Below, in pieces: positions 1 to 9,645 of a stretch of 64,000 bases of DNA. This DNA comes from a virus. Under the pieces are notes generated by a model. That model ran no database searches, was not told the origin of the DNA, and was given only the letters and a program-made list of their open reading frames with translations. Made by a program: the position numbers and the translations under genes. Position 1 is the first letter of the stretch; every line of letters begins with the position of its first letter. The stretch is taken from positions 96,001-160,000 of the IMG/VR virus record IMGVR_UViG_3300037245_001077. One strand, 5' to 3'.

Positions 1-129
1 AAGTATGAGGAGACTATCTGGAACTACGAGGCTCCTCTTAACCCAGAGACAGATGAAGATCCAGGGTCTATTACTATAGCGGAGATGTGGATACAGTCCG
101 GTAAATCCCCATACAACCCGGAGCTGTAG
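1..129 (+). CDS. 3' end of a truncated gene; paralogue of the N-terminal domain of 138..1106 and 1119..2111
   Basis: Frame 1 reads KYEETIWNYEAPLNPETDEDPGSITIAEMWIQ...EL*, matching GQTWWNFQAPLNNDSAADISLAELF and RVWTFQVMVYPNAGSSISIAELW in the next two genes; not in the ORF track. Confidence 0.75.
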   Translation, partial: KYEETIWNYEAPLNPETDEDPGSITIAEMWIQSGKSPYNPEL

Positions 130-137
130 GAGAAAAT

Positions 138-1106
138 ATGGCTATTATTTATCGTAACATTATTGGGCTGGTTACCGATCCTCAAGGCGAATTGGCCAAT
201 GGGGTCTTGAAAGCTAAGTTGTTACGCCCATTAGTGGATAACCTAACTTTTATCTCCCCTGAAGAGCTTCGAGTGGATATCGTGGATGGGGCGTTCACTT
301 TGGTGTTAGCTGCACCCGCCATATACGACTTCGAGGTTATTGATACAGAGGGACAGACGTGGTGGAATTTTCAGGCTCCCCTTAACAACGATTCCGCAGC
401 CGATATCTCGTTGGCCGAGTTGTTCTTGTTGTCAGGGGACTACGTTGAACAAACTTTTGAGACTCCTCTTCTCTCCTTCAAGGAGCTGTTAGATACACCA
501 GGAAGTTTTATCGGGTTTGATAATCACTTCTTTGTAGCGAATGAGACTACAGGGGAAATTGATTTTCTCCTTGGGAGTTGGGAAGACCTACGGTTTCCGT
601 TGATGGGAGAAAATGCGTACACGGTTGGTGGGCGCATTGACTATGACTATGACGAAGTGGCTTTATCCTTCCAAGATAACGCCCGGTACCCTGAAGACCC
701 AGCGTGTGCTAGTGCTCAGTTTTCCCATGCGTGGGTGGAAGGCACTAACGTAGAGGCACATTTGCACTGGCTTCAGACAAGTGATGATGACCCCAACTGG
801 TTACTCCAGTACCGATATTTACCCGATGGACAGGCTCCTACAGGGTGGCAACTTGCGATTCCTGATATTCCTCGGGTTTTCACCTATGTCTCAGGAACCT
901 TGTGTCAGATAACTGCGTGGCCCACCATTAATATGACGGGTTATCTAATCAGCGACACGGTTCAATTTAGACTTTTCCGAGACACCGCAGATACAAGTAC
1001 TTTGTTCGGAGCGTCAGATATTTACACAGGAAATGCGTTGGCGATAGAGTTTGACGTGCATCACCTGAGAAATAGTTTTGGCAGCGAAACCCAGTGGACG
1101 AAATAA
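138..1106 (+). CDS. virion fibre/appendage protein with shared N-terminal adaptor domain
   Basis: AGGAG RBS; N-terminal ~100 aa similar to 1119; carries the FxxLxDTPGSF fibre repeat. Confidence 0.6.
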   Translation: MAIIYRNIIGLVTDPQGELANGVLKAKLLRPLVDNLTFISPEELRVDIVDGAFTLVLAAPAIYDFEVIDTEGQTWWNFQAPLNNDSAADISLAELFLLSGDYVEQTFETPLLSFKELLDTPGSFIGFDNHFFVANETTGEIDFLLGSWEDLRFPLMGENAYTVGGRIDYDYDEVALSFQDNARYPEDPACASAQFSHAWVEGTNVEAHLHWLQTSDDDPNWLLQYRYLPDGQAPTGWQLAIPDIPRVFTYVSGTLCQITAWPTINMTGYLISDTVQFRLFRDTADTSTLFGASDIYTGNALAIEFDVHHLRNSFGSETQWTK

Positions 1107-1118
1107 TCGAGATGTTGA

Positions 1119-2111
1119 ATGGCTATCGTAACAAGGCAGATAACTGGACCGATTGAGACCCCGGAGCATGAAGTTGTTACCACGGGCCTTATGCGGGTCA
1201 AGCTGTTGTATCCCATTGCAGAAGGGGATATTTTCGTCGCGCCTTTCAAACTCGAATACAACATCACGGATGGCGACCTCCCTATTACCTGTAAGCTAGC
1301 CACTCCTGGTTGGTACCAATTCAAAATTTTTGATCTTGTAGATGAGAGGGTATGGACCTTTCAAGTAATGGTCTACCCGAATGCAGGGTCTTCAATTTCT
1401 ATAGCAGAGCTTTGGTTACTTTCTCGCCTTGAGGATGGCCCGGATACCGATATCCCTCCAGAGCAAATCGATCTCTCTTTGTTTGGTTCTGATGGGGCCG
1501 CAGAAGATGAAGTGTTGACTGCTACGGGGGATGGTGGAACTGAATGGCGAATAGTGTCGGGTACTGGTTTGGGCGACATGCTCAAGTCCGTTTACGACAC
1601 AGACGATGATGGAACTGTAGACCTCGCAGAGCGAGCAACCGTAGCTGACGACTCTGACTTATTAGGCGGGATAAGTGCTGACGGGTATCAAGAGAAGTTA
1701 GACCCCGCACTGAACGAAGGTACTGTTCTGACTTGGGATGTAGCAGATACTGAGTATACCCCCAATGAAAATTTCCAGATTGCGGCTGACGGATCAATAG
1801 AAATTGGGGGTCTTGTTCTAACGGGACCGTGGTTCGGTAATGTTTTTGTGATGAATCAGGTTTATTACTTGGTAGACGCAGAGACGCATGTACTTGTGGC
1901 TCAACAAGCTGATGTCGAACTTCGTGTCCCCGACCCCGCGTTGAACGAGGGTCGAGTAATTGAGATCAAGAAGGCATCGGATGATGGTTTCGTAGTAACA
2001 ATAACGGTGGTAAATAACGCCCCAATTGATGGACAATCGACATATGAACTTACTTTTAAATACGAAGCTATCACTCTCTTAGCCGCAAATGATGAGTGGT
2101 GGATTTACTAG
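1119..2111 (+). CDS. tail-fibre-like protein
   Basis: GDMLKSVYDTDDDGTVD and VLTATGDGGTEW fibre-type motifs; C-terminal IKK...IDG..TY.L...YE.(I/V)T domain shared with 2129. Confidence 0.7.
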   Translation: MAIVTRQITGPIETPEHEVVTTGLMRVKLLYPIAEGDIFVAPFKLEYNITDGDLPITCKLATPGWYQFKIFDLVDERVWTFQVMVYPNAGSSISIAELWLLSRLEDGPDTDIPPEQIDLSLFGSDGAAEDEVLTATGDGGTEWRIVSGTGLGDMLKSVYDTDDDGTVDLAERATVADDSDLLGGISADGYQEKLDPALNEGTVLTWDVADTEYTPNENFQIAADGSIEIGGLVLTGPWFGNVFVMNQVYYLVDAETHVLVAQQADVELRVPDPALNEGRVIEIKKASDDGFVVTITVVNNAPIDGQSTYELTFKYEAITLLAANDEWWIY

Positions 2112-2128
2112 AAACTTAGGAGGACGCG

Positions 2129-4066
2129 ATGTCTCATATCAAACATGTCCCAATTCCATGGGACGACTTTCTTTCTCTGGAAGATACACCAGGCAGTTGG
2201 GGGTCAGTAGGGGAGTTTGTACGGATAAATACAGGTCCAAATGGATTAGAGTTTACGTCTGACGTGGTTCAAAAGACCGGGTCTACAATGACCGACTTCT
2301 TGACACTCCATGCAGATCCGACTTCGAATTTGCACGCAGCTACCAAACAGTATGTTGATGGCGTAGCTCAGGGACTGGATATTAAAGAGTCGGTGGTAGC
2401 AGCTACAACCGCTGCTATTACCCTTGAGGATGAACAAACCATTGATGGTGTGGGAGTTGTAGAGGGTGATCGGGTTTTGGTCAAGGACCAAGATCCGGGT
2501 AACCCTCATGCTGCTAACGGTATCTACATCTGTGTTGATTCTGGCGCATGGACTCGTTCCCCGGATGCTGATACGGATGAGGAAGTTACCTCGGGTATGT
2601 TCTGTTTCGTTGAAGAAGGAACTGCCAACGGGGACACGGGTTGGGTGCTAACAACTAATGATCCGATTACGGTTGGTACAACCGCGATTGAGTTCACCCA
2701 ATTCTCGGGCGCAGGAACCTACACCAATGGTGCTGGTCTGTTGCTGTCTGGTAACGAATTTGCAGTAGACTTTGAGGATACCAACGGTAATATCGCTCCT
2801 ATTGGTACTCAGGACTCTGGTTCAAGCGACAAGGTTGCTCGGGCTGATCACGTTCACGCACACGGTGATCAAGCGGGTGGTTCACTTCACTCTGATGTTG
2901 TTGCGGCTGGTGCTGATGGTTTCATGACCGGGTCTGACAAGACCAAGTTAGATAGCATTGATACAGATGCTGAAGTCAATCAGTTTGCCTTCTCTAACGT
3001 TGATGTAGACGCGGCTACCACAGTTCTTGCTGCTGAAGCCAAAACCGATACTTTGTATGTCACAGGTGGTGCAGGAATAACCCTTACAGGTACTGAGGGT
3101 ACTGACACCTTAGATATTAAGATGACTACAGGTACCGAAGACTATGTAATGATTATGGGGGCTTCTGACCCAGGTTGGGTAGCGCACTCTTTCTTGCTTA
3201 TGTCTGACACTCCAAGTTCTTGGAATGATAATTACCGCGTTAAGGTGAATGGTACTGCTCTTGAGTTTGTAAACGATACGATTTCAAATCTTGAGGATGT
3301 TGATTCTCTTGTTGCAGACGCTTTTGCGGTTGTTAACGGGGCTGGAAACGCTGTTACGTTTGTTCCGGCTACCTCTACTCAGGGCGATATCATGTACTTC
3401 AATGGTACCACCTGGGCTGGTCTAGGTATTGGTACCGAAGACCATGTTCTGACATCGAATGGTGGGGCCGCAAATCCTGAATGGAAAACCAATCCTGCTG
3501 GTGTGACTACCTGGATCGCCCTGTCGGACGTTGACGAGGCGGACTATTCTGGGCACGGGAATTGGTTGGTTCGGGTTAATAACGGGGGCACTCCAGACGG
3601 TCTTGAGTTTGTTGATATGACGGGTGCTCCGTCCTCAGCTACGAATAACCAGACCCTCTATTGGAATGGTTCTGCCTGGACCGCGAGCAGCATTATCTAT
3701 AACGATCATGGAAACGCTGAGGTTGGTATCAATACGGCAACTCCGAACGCTACGTTGCATGTCAACGGTTCGATTTCGGCCAAGTTGATCACTCAGACTG
3801 GTGACTACGATTTGGACACGGGTACGAATAGCGATGTCTATACTATCCTGCACAATAACACTGGTCAAGATAACACCATTACTCTTCCGGCTGTGGCAAC
3901 TTACTCTGAGCGTATCTACAATATTAAGAAGATCAGTGGTCCGACCTTCAAGACTATCATTGCTACGACAGATGGGACTATTGATGGTGCTTCTACTTAC
4001 GACCTTGACCAGCAGTATGAATCGGTTACAGTTGTGAGTGATGGATCGAACTGGCACATCGTATAA
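2129..4066 (+). CDS. tail fibre protein
   Basis: HADPTSNLHAATKQYVD, GDRVLVKDQ..NGIY, ARADHVH, GFMTGSDKTKLDSI and VGINTATPNATLHVNG are typical phage fibre motifs; AGGAGG RBS. Confidence 0.85.
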   Translation: MSHIKHVPIPWDDFLSLEDTPGSWGSVGEFVRINTGPNGLEFTSDVVQKTGSTMTDFLTLHADPTSNLHAATKQYVDGVAQGLDIKESVVAATTAAITLEDEQTIDGVGVVEGDRVLVKDQDPGNPHAANGIYICVDSGAWTRSPDADTDEEVTSGMFCFVEEGTANGDTGWVLTTNDPITVGTTAIEFTQFSGAGTYTNGAGLLLSGNEFAVDFEDTNGNIAPIGTQDSGSSDKVARADHVHAHGDQAGGSLHSDVVAAGADGFMTGSDKTKLDSIDTDAEVNQFAFSNVDVDAATTVLAAEAKTDTLYVTGGAGITLTGTEGTDTLDIKMTTGTEDYVMIMGASDPGWVAHSFLLMSDTPSSWNDNYRVKVNGTALEFVNDTISNLEDVDSLVADAFAVVNGAGNAVTFVPATSTQGDIMYFNGTTWAGLGIGTEDHVLTSNGGAANPEWKTNPAGVTTWIALSDVDEADYSGHGNWLVRVNNGGTPDGLEFVDMTGAPSSATNNQTLYWNGSAWTASSIIYNDHGNAEVGINTATPNATLHVNGSISAKLITQTGDYDLDTGTNSDVYTILHNNTGQDNTITLPAVATYSERIYNIKKISGPTFKTIIATTDGTIDGASTYDLDQQYESVTVVSDGSNWHIV

Positions 4067-4078
4067 TCGGAGAGCTGT

Positions 4079-6361
4079 GTGAGCCATATTCTAGAATTTC
4101 TAGACTTAGTAGACGTTCCGAATTCTTATTCCGGGGCAGATAACTACCGACTGAAAATTGATGGCACGGCGGTGGAGTTTGTTGATGACACTGTTCTCAA
4201 CTTAAATGACACTCCGGCCACTTTTTCAGGATATCCGTCTGCGTATGTGAAAGTAAATTCTGGGTCTTCGGCCCTGGAGTTTGTGACGGATGATACTCTT
4301 CATTTTACTGTAGATGGTGAGATTAGTGCGCTTGATGTTGCTTCACCAGCAGCTACAGATGTTCTTGTTATAGAAGATGCTTCTGACACTTGGAGTAAGA
4401 AGAAGGTTACAGCTCAAAGCATTGCAGATTTAGGTGGGGGTGGCACAGATGATGATGCTATCCACGATAACGTAGCAAACGAAATTACCGCTATTGCAAA
4501 TAAGATTTCAGTAGCCGACGCTGATGAGTTTATCATTGAGGACGGTGAAGCGTCTTATATTAAGAAAGCTGTAACAGCAAAGAATTTTGGTGCTTATGTT
4601 GAAGCTAGTATGGGTGGTCCGTTTTTGGCGGCAGATGGATCTGTTCCTTTAACGGCTGATTGGGATGCTGGTTCTTTTGAAATAAGAGCAGATCAGTTTT
4701 ATGCGGACGGGACAGGAGCACCTTTTATTGTTTCATCATCAGTTCAAGTTTCTAATCTTAATGCAGACTACCTAGATGGTGTTCATCTTGATGGCATTGA
4801 TTACTCAGTAATAACCACAAATGATGCCTCTACTAATATAGTTGCTGAGGAATTAGAGGAGCTTTCAGATGGAAGTTCTACTACACTCCACACTCATGCA
4901 AATATTGGGAATGGCCCCTTCCTTCCTTTAACGGGAGGTAATTTAAGCGGTAATCTGTATATTGATACCGCTACGACTCCTGCGCTTCAGGTTCGTCCGA
5001 GTGGTGGAGCAGTCGATAGACTGGTAATCAGTGCTGCTGCGGGGATCACTTCGATATCGAAATACGATGACACGGGTCAGACAATTATTAGGATTGATCC
5101 GATCCCGTCAGATGGTACAAGCGCAGCATTGTTTCAGCTTTTTCGTACCACAAGCACCTCTGGTACTCGTACACTCACCATGTATGAGGGTGATGGTACT
5201 GCTACTGTCCAACACGAATTTAATTTAGGAACAGGAGCTGTTAGTCTGTGCCAGCAAGCTGGGGATTTGACTGTTGGTGGTCATTTAGGGCTAAAATCTG
5301 TTCCTACAGACCCAGGTGCCACAACAGAAGTTCGGGTAGGCTTAGGTACTGGTGGGTCATTTAGAGTACAAACAGATCTCGCATATTTGGATATAGGACC
5401 ACAGACTAGCGCATGGTGCCATATGACTACAAGTGCATCAAGTGGTTTCTATTTTTCTAATCCAGTAAGGATGTCTCAGCTTTTAACTTGCGGAGATGCT
5501 TGGGGTAGCGCGTTATGGACCCGTGGCGTGATTAAGATTGATAATAATGTTTGGGGTGGAATGGGCTACATGAATGCTGCTCCCATACTTTATCTCGCGG
5601 ATAACAACACCGGAGCATTACAATTTCTACTTGGCACTTTTTCTCAAGCTCGGACGTACAATTTTACTATTCGAGGGACAAACTGGTATAACACTAGAAA
5701 ACCGTGGGAAATTATTTGTACTGTTCAGGTTGGTACAGGGCCGGGTGCTGCTGAGCTTTACGCAGAGGTGGTCGCTGGTTTCCCGCCATTTGATGTAGTA
5801 AGTATTGCTAAAGACGGTTCAGGTAACGAGTGTATTATTTTTGGTGACGAGTCTTCCACTGTTCTTGGGTACTACTGTAACATTACTGTCCCTCACTTTA
5901 CATCTAGTGGTAATCCTGGGATAGGTGCGGTTGATGATTTTACTCTCACTAGAATCACAAGTGTTTCTGGGTACGTCTTTTATCAAACAGATGTAGCCAT
6001 TAGCAATCCCCATCAAGCTCCTAGCACAACCGCAGTTACTCGGCATGGTGCGGCTAATGCTGTTGCGGGGTATAGCTATTACACTATTGTGGATCTGAGT
6101 GCTGGACCGTATATGGTTTGTTTGATTATGAACAATGATTCGATAGAATCTATGAGATTTAGGGTTACGTGTGATGGCACAGTTACTTGGTTAAGCCCTA
6201 GTAATATTCTCATCGGGCAGGTAGATACTGGTCCCGGTGCAGCTCTTAATGTTGCACCCATCTTTGCCCGTAAGTCATTAAAAATAGAAAAATACAACCC
6301 GTATTCAACAACTAAGACACTCACTCACCTGCTTGTATATCACACACTGAGTTTTAACTAA
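4079..6361 (+). CDS. tail fibre / receptor-binding protein
   Basis: GTG start; DTP-type repeats, APFIVSSSVQVSNLNADYLDG and FLPLTGGNLSGNL motifs; divergent C-terminal part. Confidence 0.8.
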   Translation: MSHILEFLDLVDVPNSYSGADNYRLKIDGTAVEFVDDTVLNLNDTPATFSGYPSAYVKVNSGSSALEFVTDDTLHFTVDGEISALDVASPAATDVLVIEDASDTWSKKKVTAQSIADLGGGGTDDDAIHDNVANEITAIANKISVADADEFIIEDGEASYIKKAVTAKNFGAYVEASMGGPFLAADGSVPLTADWDAGSFEIRADQFYADGTGAPFIVSSSVQVSNLNADYLDGVHLDGIDYSVITTNDASTNIVAEELEELSDGSSTTLHTHANIGNGPFLPLTGGNLSGNLYIDTATTPALQVRPSGGAVDRLVISAAAGITSISKYDDTGQTIIRIDPIPSDGTSAALFQLFRTTSTSGTRTLTMYEGDGTATVQHEFNLGTGAVSLCQQAGDLTVGGHLGLKSVPTDPGATTEVRVGLGTGGSFRVQTDLAYLDIGPQTSAWCHMTTSASSGFYFSNPVRMSQLLTCGDAWGSALWTRGVIKIDNNVWGGMGYMNAAPILYLADNNTGALQFLLGTFSQARTYNFTIRGTNWYNTRKPWEIICTVQVGTGPGAAELYAEVVAGFPPFDVVSIAKDGSGNECIIFGDESSTVLGYYCNITVPHFTSSGNPGIGAVDDFTLTRITSVSGYVFYQTDVAISNPHQAPSTTAVTRHGAANAVAGYSYYTIVDLSAGPYMVCLIMNNDSIESMRFRVTCDGTVTWLSPSNILIGQVDTGPGAALNVAPIFARKSLKIEKYNPYSTTKTLTHLLVYHTLSFN

Positions 6362-6804
6362 TGGCTAATCCACCACAAGGATCTGATGTTTTACAGGGAC
6401 ACTGGACCTTACCTCTTTTTGCCACTATGGTGTACGGTAACATGCGACATGGAGCACCCCAAACAACCTCTCAAGTTCGTTTAGATTATCAAGCGGGGTC
6501 TAATTCTACTACTTATGTAACAGAAATAGACTACAGCGGTATTGGAGTTGTAACAGCTCTTTCAACTAATCCTAATTCAATCTACTCTGGTGCTTATAGA
6601 CTTACTATTGATGGAGTAGTATTAATTGATGGAACAGTGTCTGCTCCAGGTGACTGGTTGATTGGAATGATTTGGTTAGTAGATATTAAGCTTTCGTGTA
6701 TAGGACCATTATTTTTTAGGGATTCTTTTAAGCTCGAATCTAAACGTGTAAGTCCGAGTTTTCCTTTCTATTGGAATTGTATTTACACAAAAATGGCTTG
6801 GTAG
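6361..6804 (+). CDS. fibre-tip-like protein, paralogous to the C-terminus of 4079..6361
   Basis: TAATG coupling to the upstream gene; shared R.T.DG.V and P.F.R.S.K.E motifs. Confidence 0.55.
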   Translation: MANPPQGSDVLQGHWTLPLFATMVYGNMRHGAPQTTSQVRLDYQAGSNSTTYVTEIDYSGIGVVTALSTNPNSIYSGAYRLTIDGVVLIDGTVSAPGDWLIGMIWLVDIKLSCIGPLFFRDSFKLESKRVSPSFPFYWNCIYTKMAW

Positions 6805-6813
6805 GAGAGTAGG

Positions 6814-7137
6814 ATGACGATTAGAAATATTGATGTTGATACAAACTATGGGGATCTTGTTCAAGGGACCATAGCTGAAATCACAGGGTTCTTTTTCGAA
6901 ATGGACCCTCTGACAAAAGATTCTGTGCTTAAGATTAACTGGAGCGTGTATACTACTCTTACTGATGCTGTAGCGGGGTCTACCGCAGTACGGCTGCAAA
7001 TGCAAGAGCACGTTGGGAAACCAGGAGACCCAGAGTTCCCTATGACTCAGATTGAATTTGACAAACTACGAAATTGGTTGTATGACCAAATTCTTACTGA
7101 CCCAGAATACGCTGGTGGAACAAAGCATCTTGACTAA
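6814..7137 (+). CDS. hypothetical protein, possibly fibre assembly
   Basis: ORF with RBS at the end of the fibre cluster; function inferred from position only. Confidence 0.5.
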   Translation: MTIRNIDVDTNYGDLVQGTIAEITGFFFEMDPLTKDSVLKINWSVYTTLTDAVAGSTAVRLQMQEHVGKPGDPEFPMTQIEFDKLRNWLYDQILTDPEYAGGTKHLD

Positions 7138-7181
7138 TTTCCATTTTTCTAGTAATGTACTAATCCTTAGGAGGATAGACA

Positions 7182-7607
7182 ATGTCTCACACGAAGATCA
7201 AAGATCCAAAGAAAACTGAATCGGTCCCGGCACCTCCGGGGAATGTCCCTATGCCCACACTAGGTACTTCGAAAGAAGACCTTATTGCTGAGTATAAGAA
7301 GTTAGACGCTTTGCTAACTACCGTGAATCTGAACATCAAAATAGAGAATGAGAAGGCTGTTGCCGCTCAACAGCAGGTTGAAGGCTACCGTAACCAAGGG
7401 CTTCAGGTGGTTGGACAGGCCAATGTTATTGGTCGTATGTTGAATGGGATGGGCATTGATGCCCGTACTTTGAAGGCCGAAACCGGTCCAAACGAGCCGA
7501 ATTTGGCTCCTTTTTCTGTCCCTGAATTGGAAAATGAGGCCGAAGTCCCTGAACCTAAAGAGTTTACCCCTGTTTCGGGGATCAGAAACCGTTTTGCCGG
7601 TCGTTAG
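7182..7607 (+). CDS. hypothetical coiled-coil protein
   Basis: AGGAGG RBS; central heptad-like segment. Confidence 0.55.
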   Translation: MSHTKIKDPKKTESVPAPPGNVPMPTLGTSKEDLIAEYKKLDALLTTVNLNIKIENEKAVAAQQQVEGYRNQGLQVVGQANVIGRMLNGMGIDARTLKAETGPNEPNLAPFSVPELENEAEVPEPKEFTPVSGIRNRFAGR

Positions 7608-7688
7608 TACCTTCCTCGCTTTATTAGATGTGCGGGCGGTTTAGCCGCTGACAACTAAAAAAGCCCTGGATAAGAACCTAGGAGGTAT

Positions 7689-8150
7689 ATGATGGGTAGC
7701 GAGTTTGATTACACGTTTGAAGAAAGAGACCGGGATGTTAACGCGGGTCTCTACCAGAAATTTTACATTGAAACACCTATTGGTGACATGGAGTTCACTA
7801 TTGGTGCAGAGGAAACTGAAGTTATTGAGGTTCAGGCCCAAATGGTGGATCCTGCGGGTGACCCCATGGGGGTGGAGTATGTTCTCAACTTCCAATGCAC
7901 GTCTGATGCGACAGGGGAAACTCCGGCTGCACCATCAGGTATTACGATTGCCGCAACAACTGGAACCATTCTTGGAAATTATCCTGGTTATGCGGCTAAC
8001 GCATCGTTCCAGGTTATCACAGACGAAACTGGTCTAGCGGTGTTCACCTTTACCGATGCTTCTACAGGTACTCTGACTATGTACCTTGCTTGCGCCCTTC
8101 CGAATGGTGCATTCGTGGTTAGTGATGCCATCACTTTTGAGAACCCTTAA
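7689..8150 (+). CDS. acidic beta-rich structural protein, possible capsid decoration
   Basis: AGGAGGT RBS; flanked by a TTTATT motif and its own terminator; beta-strand pattern. Confidence 0.5.
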   Translation: MMGSEFDYTFEERDRDVNAGLYQKFYIETPIGDMEFTIGAEETEVIEVQAQMVDPAGDPMGVEYVLNFQCTSDATGETPAAPSGITIAATTGTILGNYPGYAANASFQVITDETGLAVFTFTDASTGTLTMYLACALPNGAFVVSDAITFENP

Positions 8151-8174
8151 TCCTTCTGTATAGGATGAACGCAC

Positions 8175-8205
8175 ATGGGGACGGATTGCCGTCCCCATTT
8201 GTTTA
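8175..8205 (+). terminator. Rho-independent terminator
   Basis: ATGGGGACGG-ATTG-CCGTCCCCAT perfect 10-bp stem followed by TTGTTT. Confidence 0.85.
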
Positions 8206-8244
8206 TTGACTGGAAGAGTTAACGGGTAAGACGATGGAGGTGTT

Positions 8245-8706
8245 ATGGACCCGAGTTTGATACAAACAGGCTTTGGGCTAGCAGTAGTTGTGCTTGTCCT
8301 TGAGCGTGTATACGCTATTATAAAGATTACTCTCGACAGCAGGGGAAGTAGTAAAACGTCTAATGGTAATGCCGAAGTTGCACGTACCCTGTTGGAGATT
8401 ATTCAGGAAATGCAGCATCAAATTGGTGATCTTCATGAGTGGCATAAGAAGGAAGACAGTGATGGCCGTAAGATTTGGTACGGGCATAGTGGGGTTGATA
8501 AAGCCCTAGAGCATCTTGCCACCAGCCATCTAGCACAAACAAAACTATTGGAGCATTTGGTAAGATCTTCTGAGGTTCAGGGAACTTCTATAGATGATAT
8601 ACACCGTACCCTAGCAGATTTGTATTCGAATATTTCTAGCTATAGGGAGACAATATGTCCATTTCGGGAATCTACAAAACAGTCAAAGCCAAGGAATCAA
8701 AGTTGA
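8245..8706 (+). CDS. single-TM membrane protein, possibly holin-like
   Basis: GGAGG RBS; N-terminal hydrophobic helix GFGLAVVVLVLERVYAII followed by coiled coil. Confidence 0.4.
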   Translation: MDPSLIQTGFGLAVVVLVLERVYAIIKITLDSRGSSKTSNGNAEVARTLLEIIQEMQHQIGDLHEWHKKEDSDGRKIWYGHSGVDKALEHLATSHLAQTKLLEHLVRSSEVQGTSIDDIHRTLADLYSNISSYRETICPFRESTKQSKPRNQS

Positions 8707-8817
8707 ATATTTTAAGCTCCTTTTCGAGTTAAACCCTGAGTTACTGGACACTAGCCGCCTGCGCAATTTGTGTGAAAAAATTTGCGCATTAAAAAAAGAA
8801 TTACGCGAATATAAGTG

Positions 8818-8846
8818 TTGACAAACAAACAACCTACGAGTATACT
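8818..8846 (+). promoter_or_regulatory. host sigma70-type promoter
   Basis: TTGACA (8818-8823), 17-nt spacer, TATACT (8841-8846), A-rich upstream region. Confidence 0.85.
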
Positions 8847-8865
8847 CAAACAGGTTGGAGGGTGA

Positions 8866-9633
8866 ATGTCATCAGGATGGTTTGCAGATTTGGGTTGGTG
8901 GGATCAACATGCGGCTTATGCCGCCTTCGATTCTTACAGATCCGATCCTACCTTAGACCAGTTCGATAATGCTATTACCCTTTCCCTCCCCATTATCCGC
9001 GTAGTTTATTCCACTCAAAAATTCAAAGTATCTTATGCAGGAGATGAAGATGATCTTATCTCCCATGCTGCGTTAACAATCACTAAAGCGTTACCAAAGA
9101 TGATTGAAAAACCTGTAGAAAAGCTTGATAATGACAAGAAGTATATGCGTTATTTGTTCACATGTGTCATCAATGCCTTTTATAGAGAGTACGATATCCT
9201 TCATGGTAAGCAGAATAAGCTCACAAGAAAAATTCTTGAAGAACACGAACCCGAAGAAACATACGCCGAAGCACGTAACGTGAAGGCCCTGGAAGCCAGT
9301 CTCACCCTTAAACGCATCCCCCGGCAGCTATTAACATTTGCTATGGAATGTGTCCGGTTTGAGGATGGCTCCAGAAAAGTGTGTAAGTACATCCTAGAAC
9401 AAATGATTGATGGTCGTGAAATTGCTAAGTCGGTCCTCCAGCTTATGGGTTGCAAGGACCGACATTTCTTTATCCACTATTGTGAGAGTATCTTGCTTCA
9501 GGCATTTCTTCTTCTTCGTAAGAGGAAGCCTTTGGTTGGAGGAACAACCTTTGAGGGGCAAGTCTCTCATGAAGACTCTGAGAGTTCTTTTGACCTTGGG
9601 TACTTCATGGATGAAGGTTACATGGGTGCATAG
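8866..9633 (+). CDS. phage sigma-factor-like protein (sigma70 region 2; gp55-like late sigma candidate)
   Basis: DEDDLISHAALTITKAL...KYMRYLFTCVINAFYREY resembles the region 2 pattern of T4 gp55-type sigma factors; region 4 degenerate. Confidence 0.6.
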   Translation: MSSGWFADLGWWDQHAAYAAFDSYRSDPTLDQFDNAITLSLPIIRVVYSTQKFKVSYAGDEDDLISHAALTITKALPKMIEKPVEKLDNDKKYMRYLFTCVINAFYREYDILHGKQNKLTRKILEEHEPEETYAEARNVKALEASLTLKRIPRQLLTFAMECVRFEDGSRKVCKYILEQMIDGREIAKSVLQLMGCKDRHFFIHYCESILLQAFLLLRKRKPLVGGTTFEGQVSHEDSESSFDLGYFMDEGYMGA

Positions 9634-9645
9634 ATGTTGAGTTAT

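Noticed and set aside
2129-6804. Diversity-generating retroelement or invertase-driven fibre switching
   Set aside because: No reverse transcriptase or recombinase, no adenine-specific TR/VR pair and no inverted cassettes seen in the window
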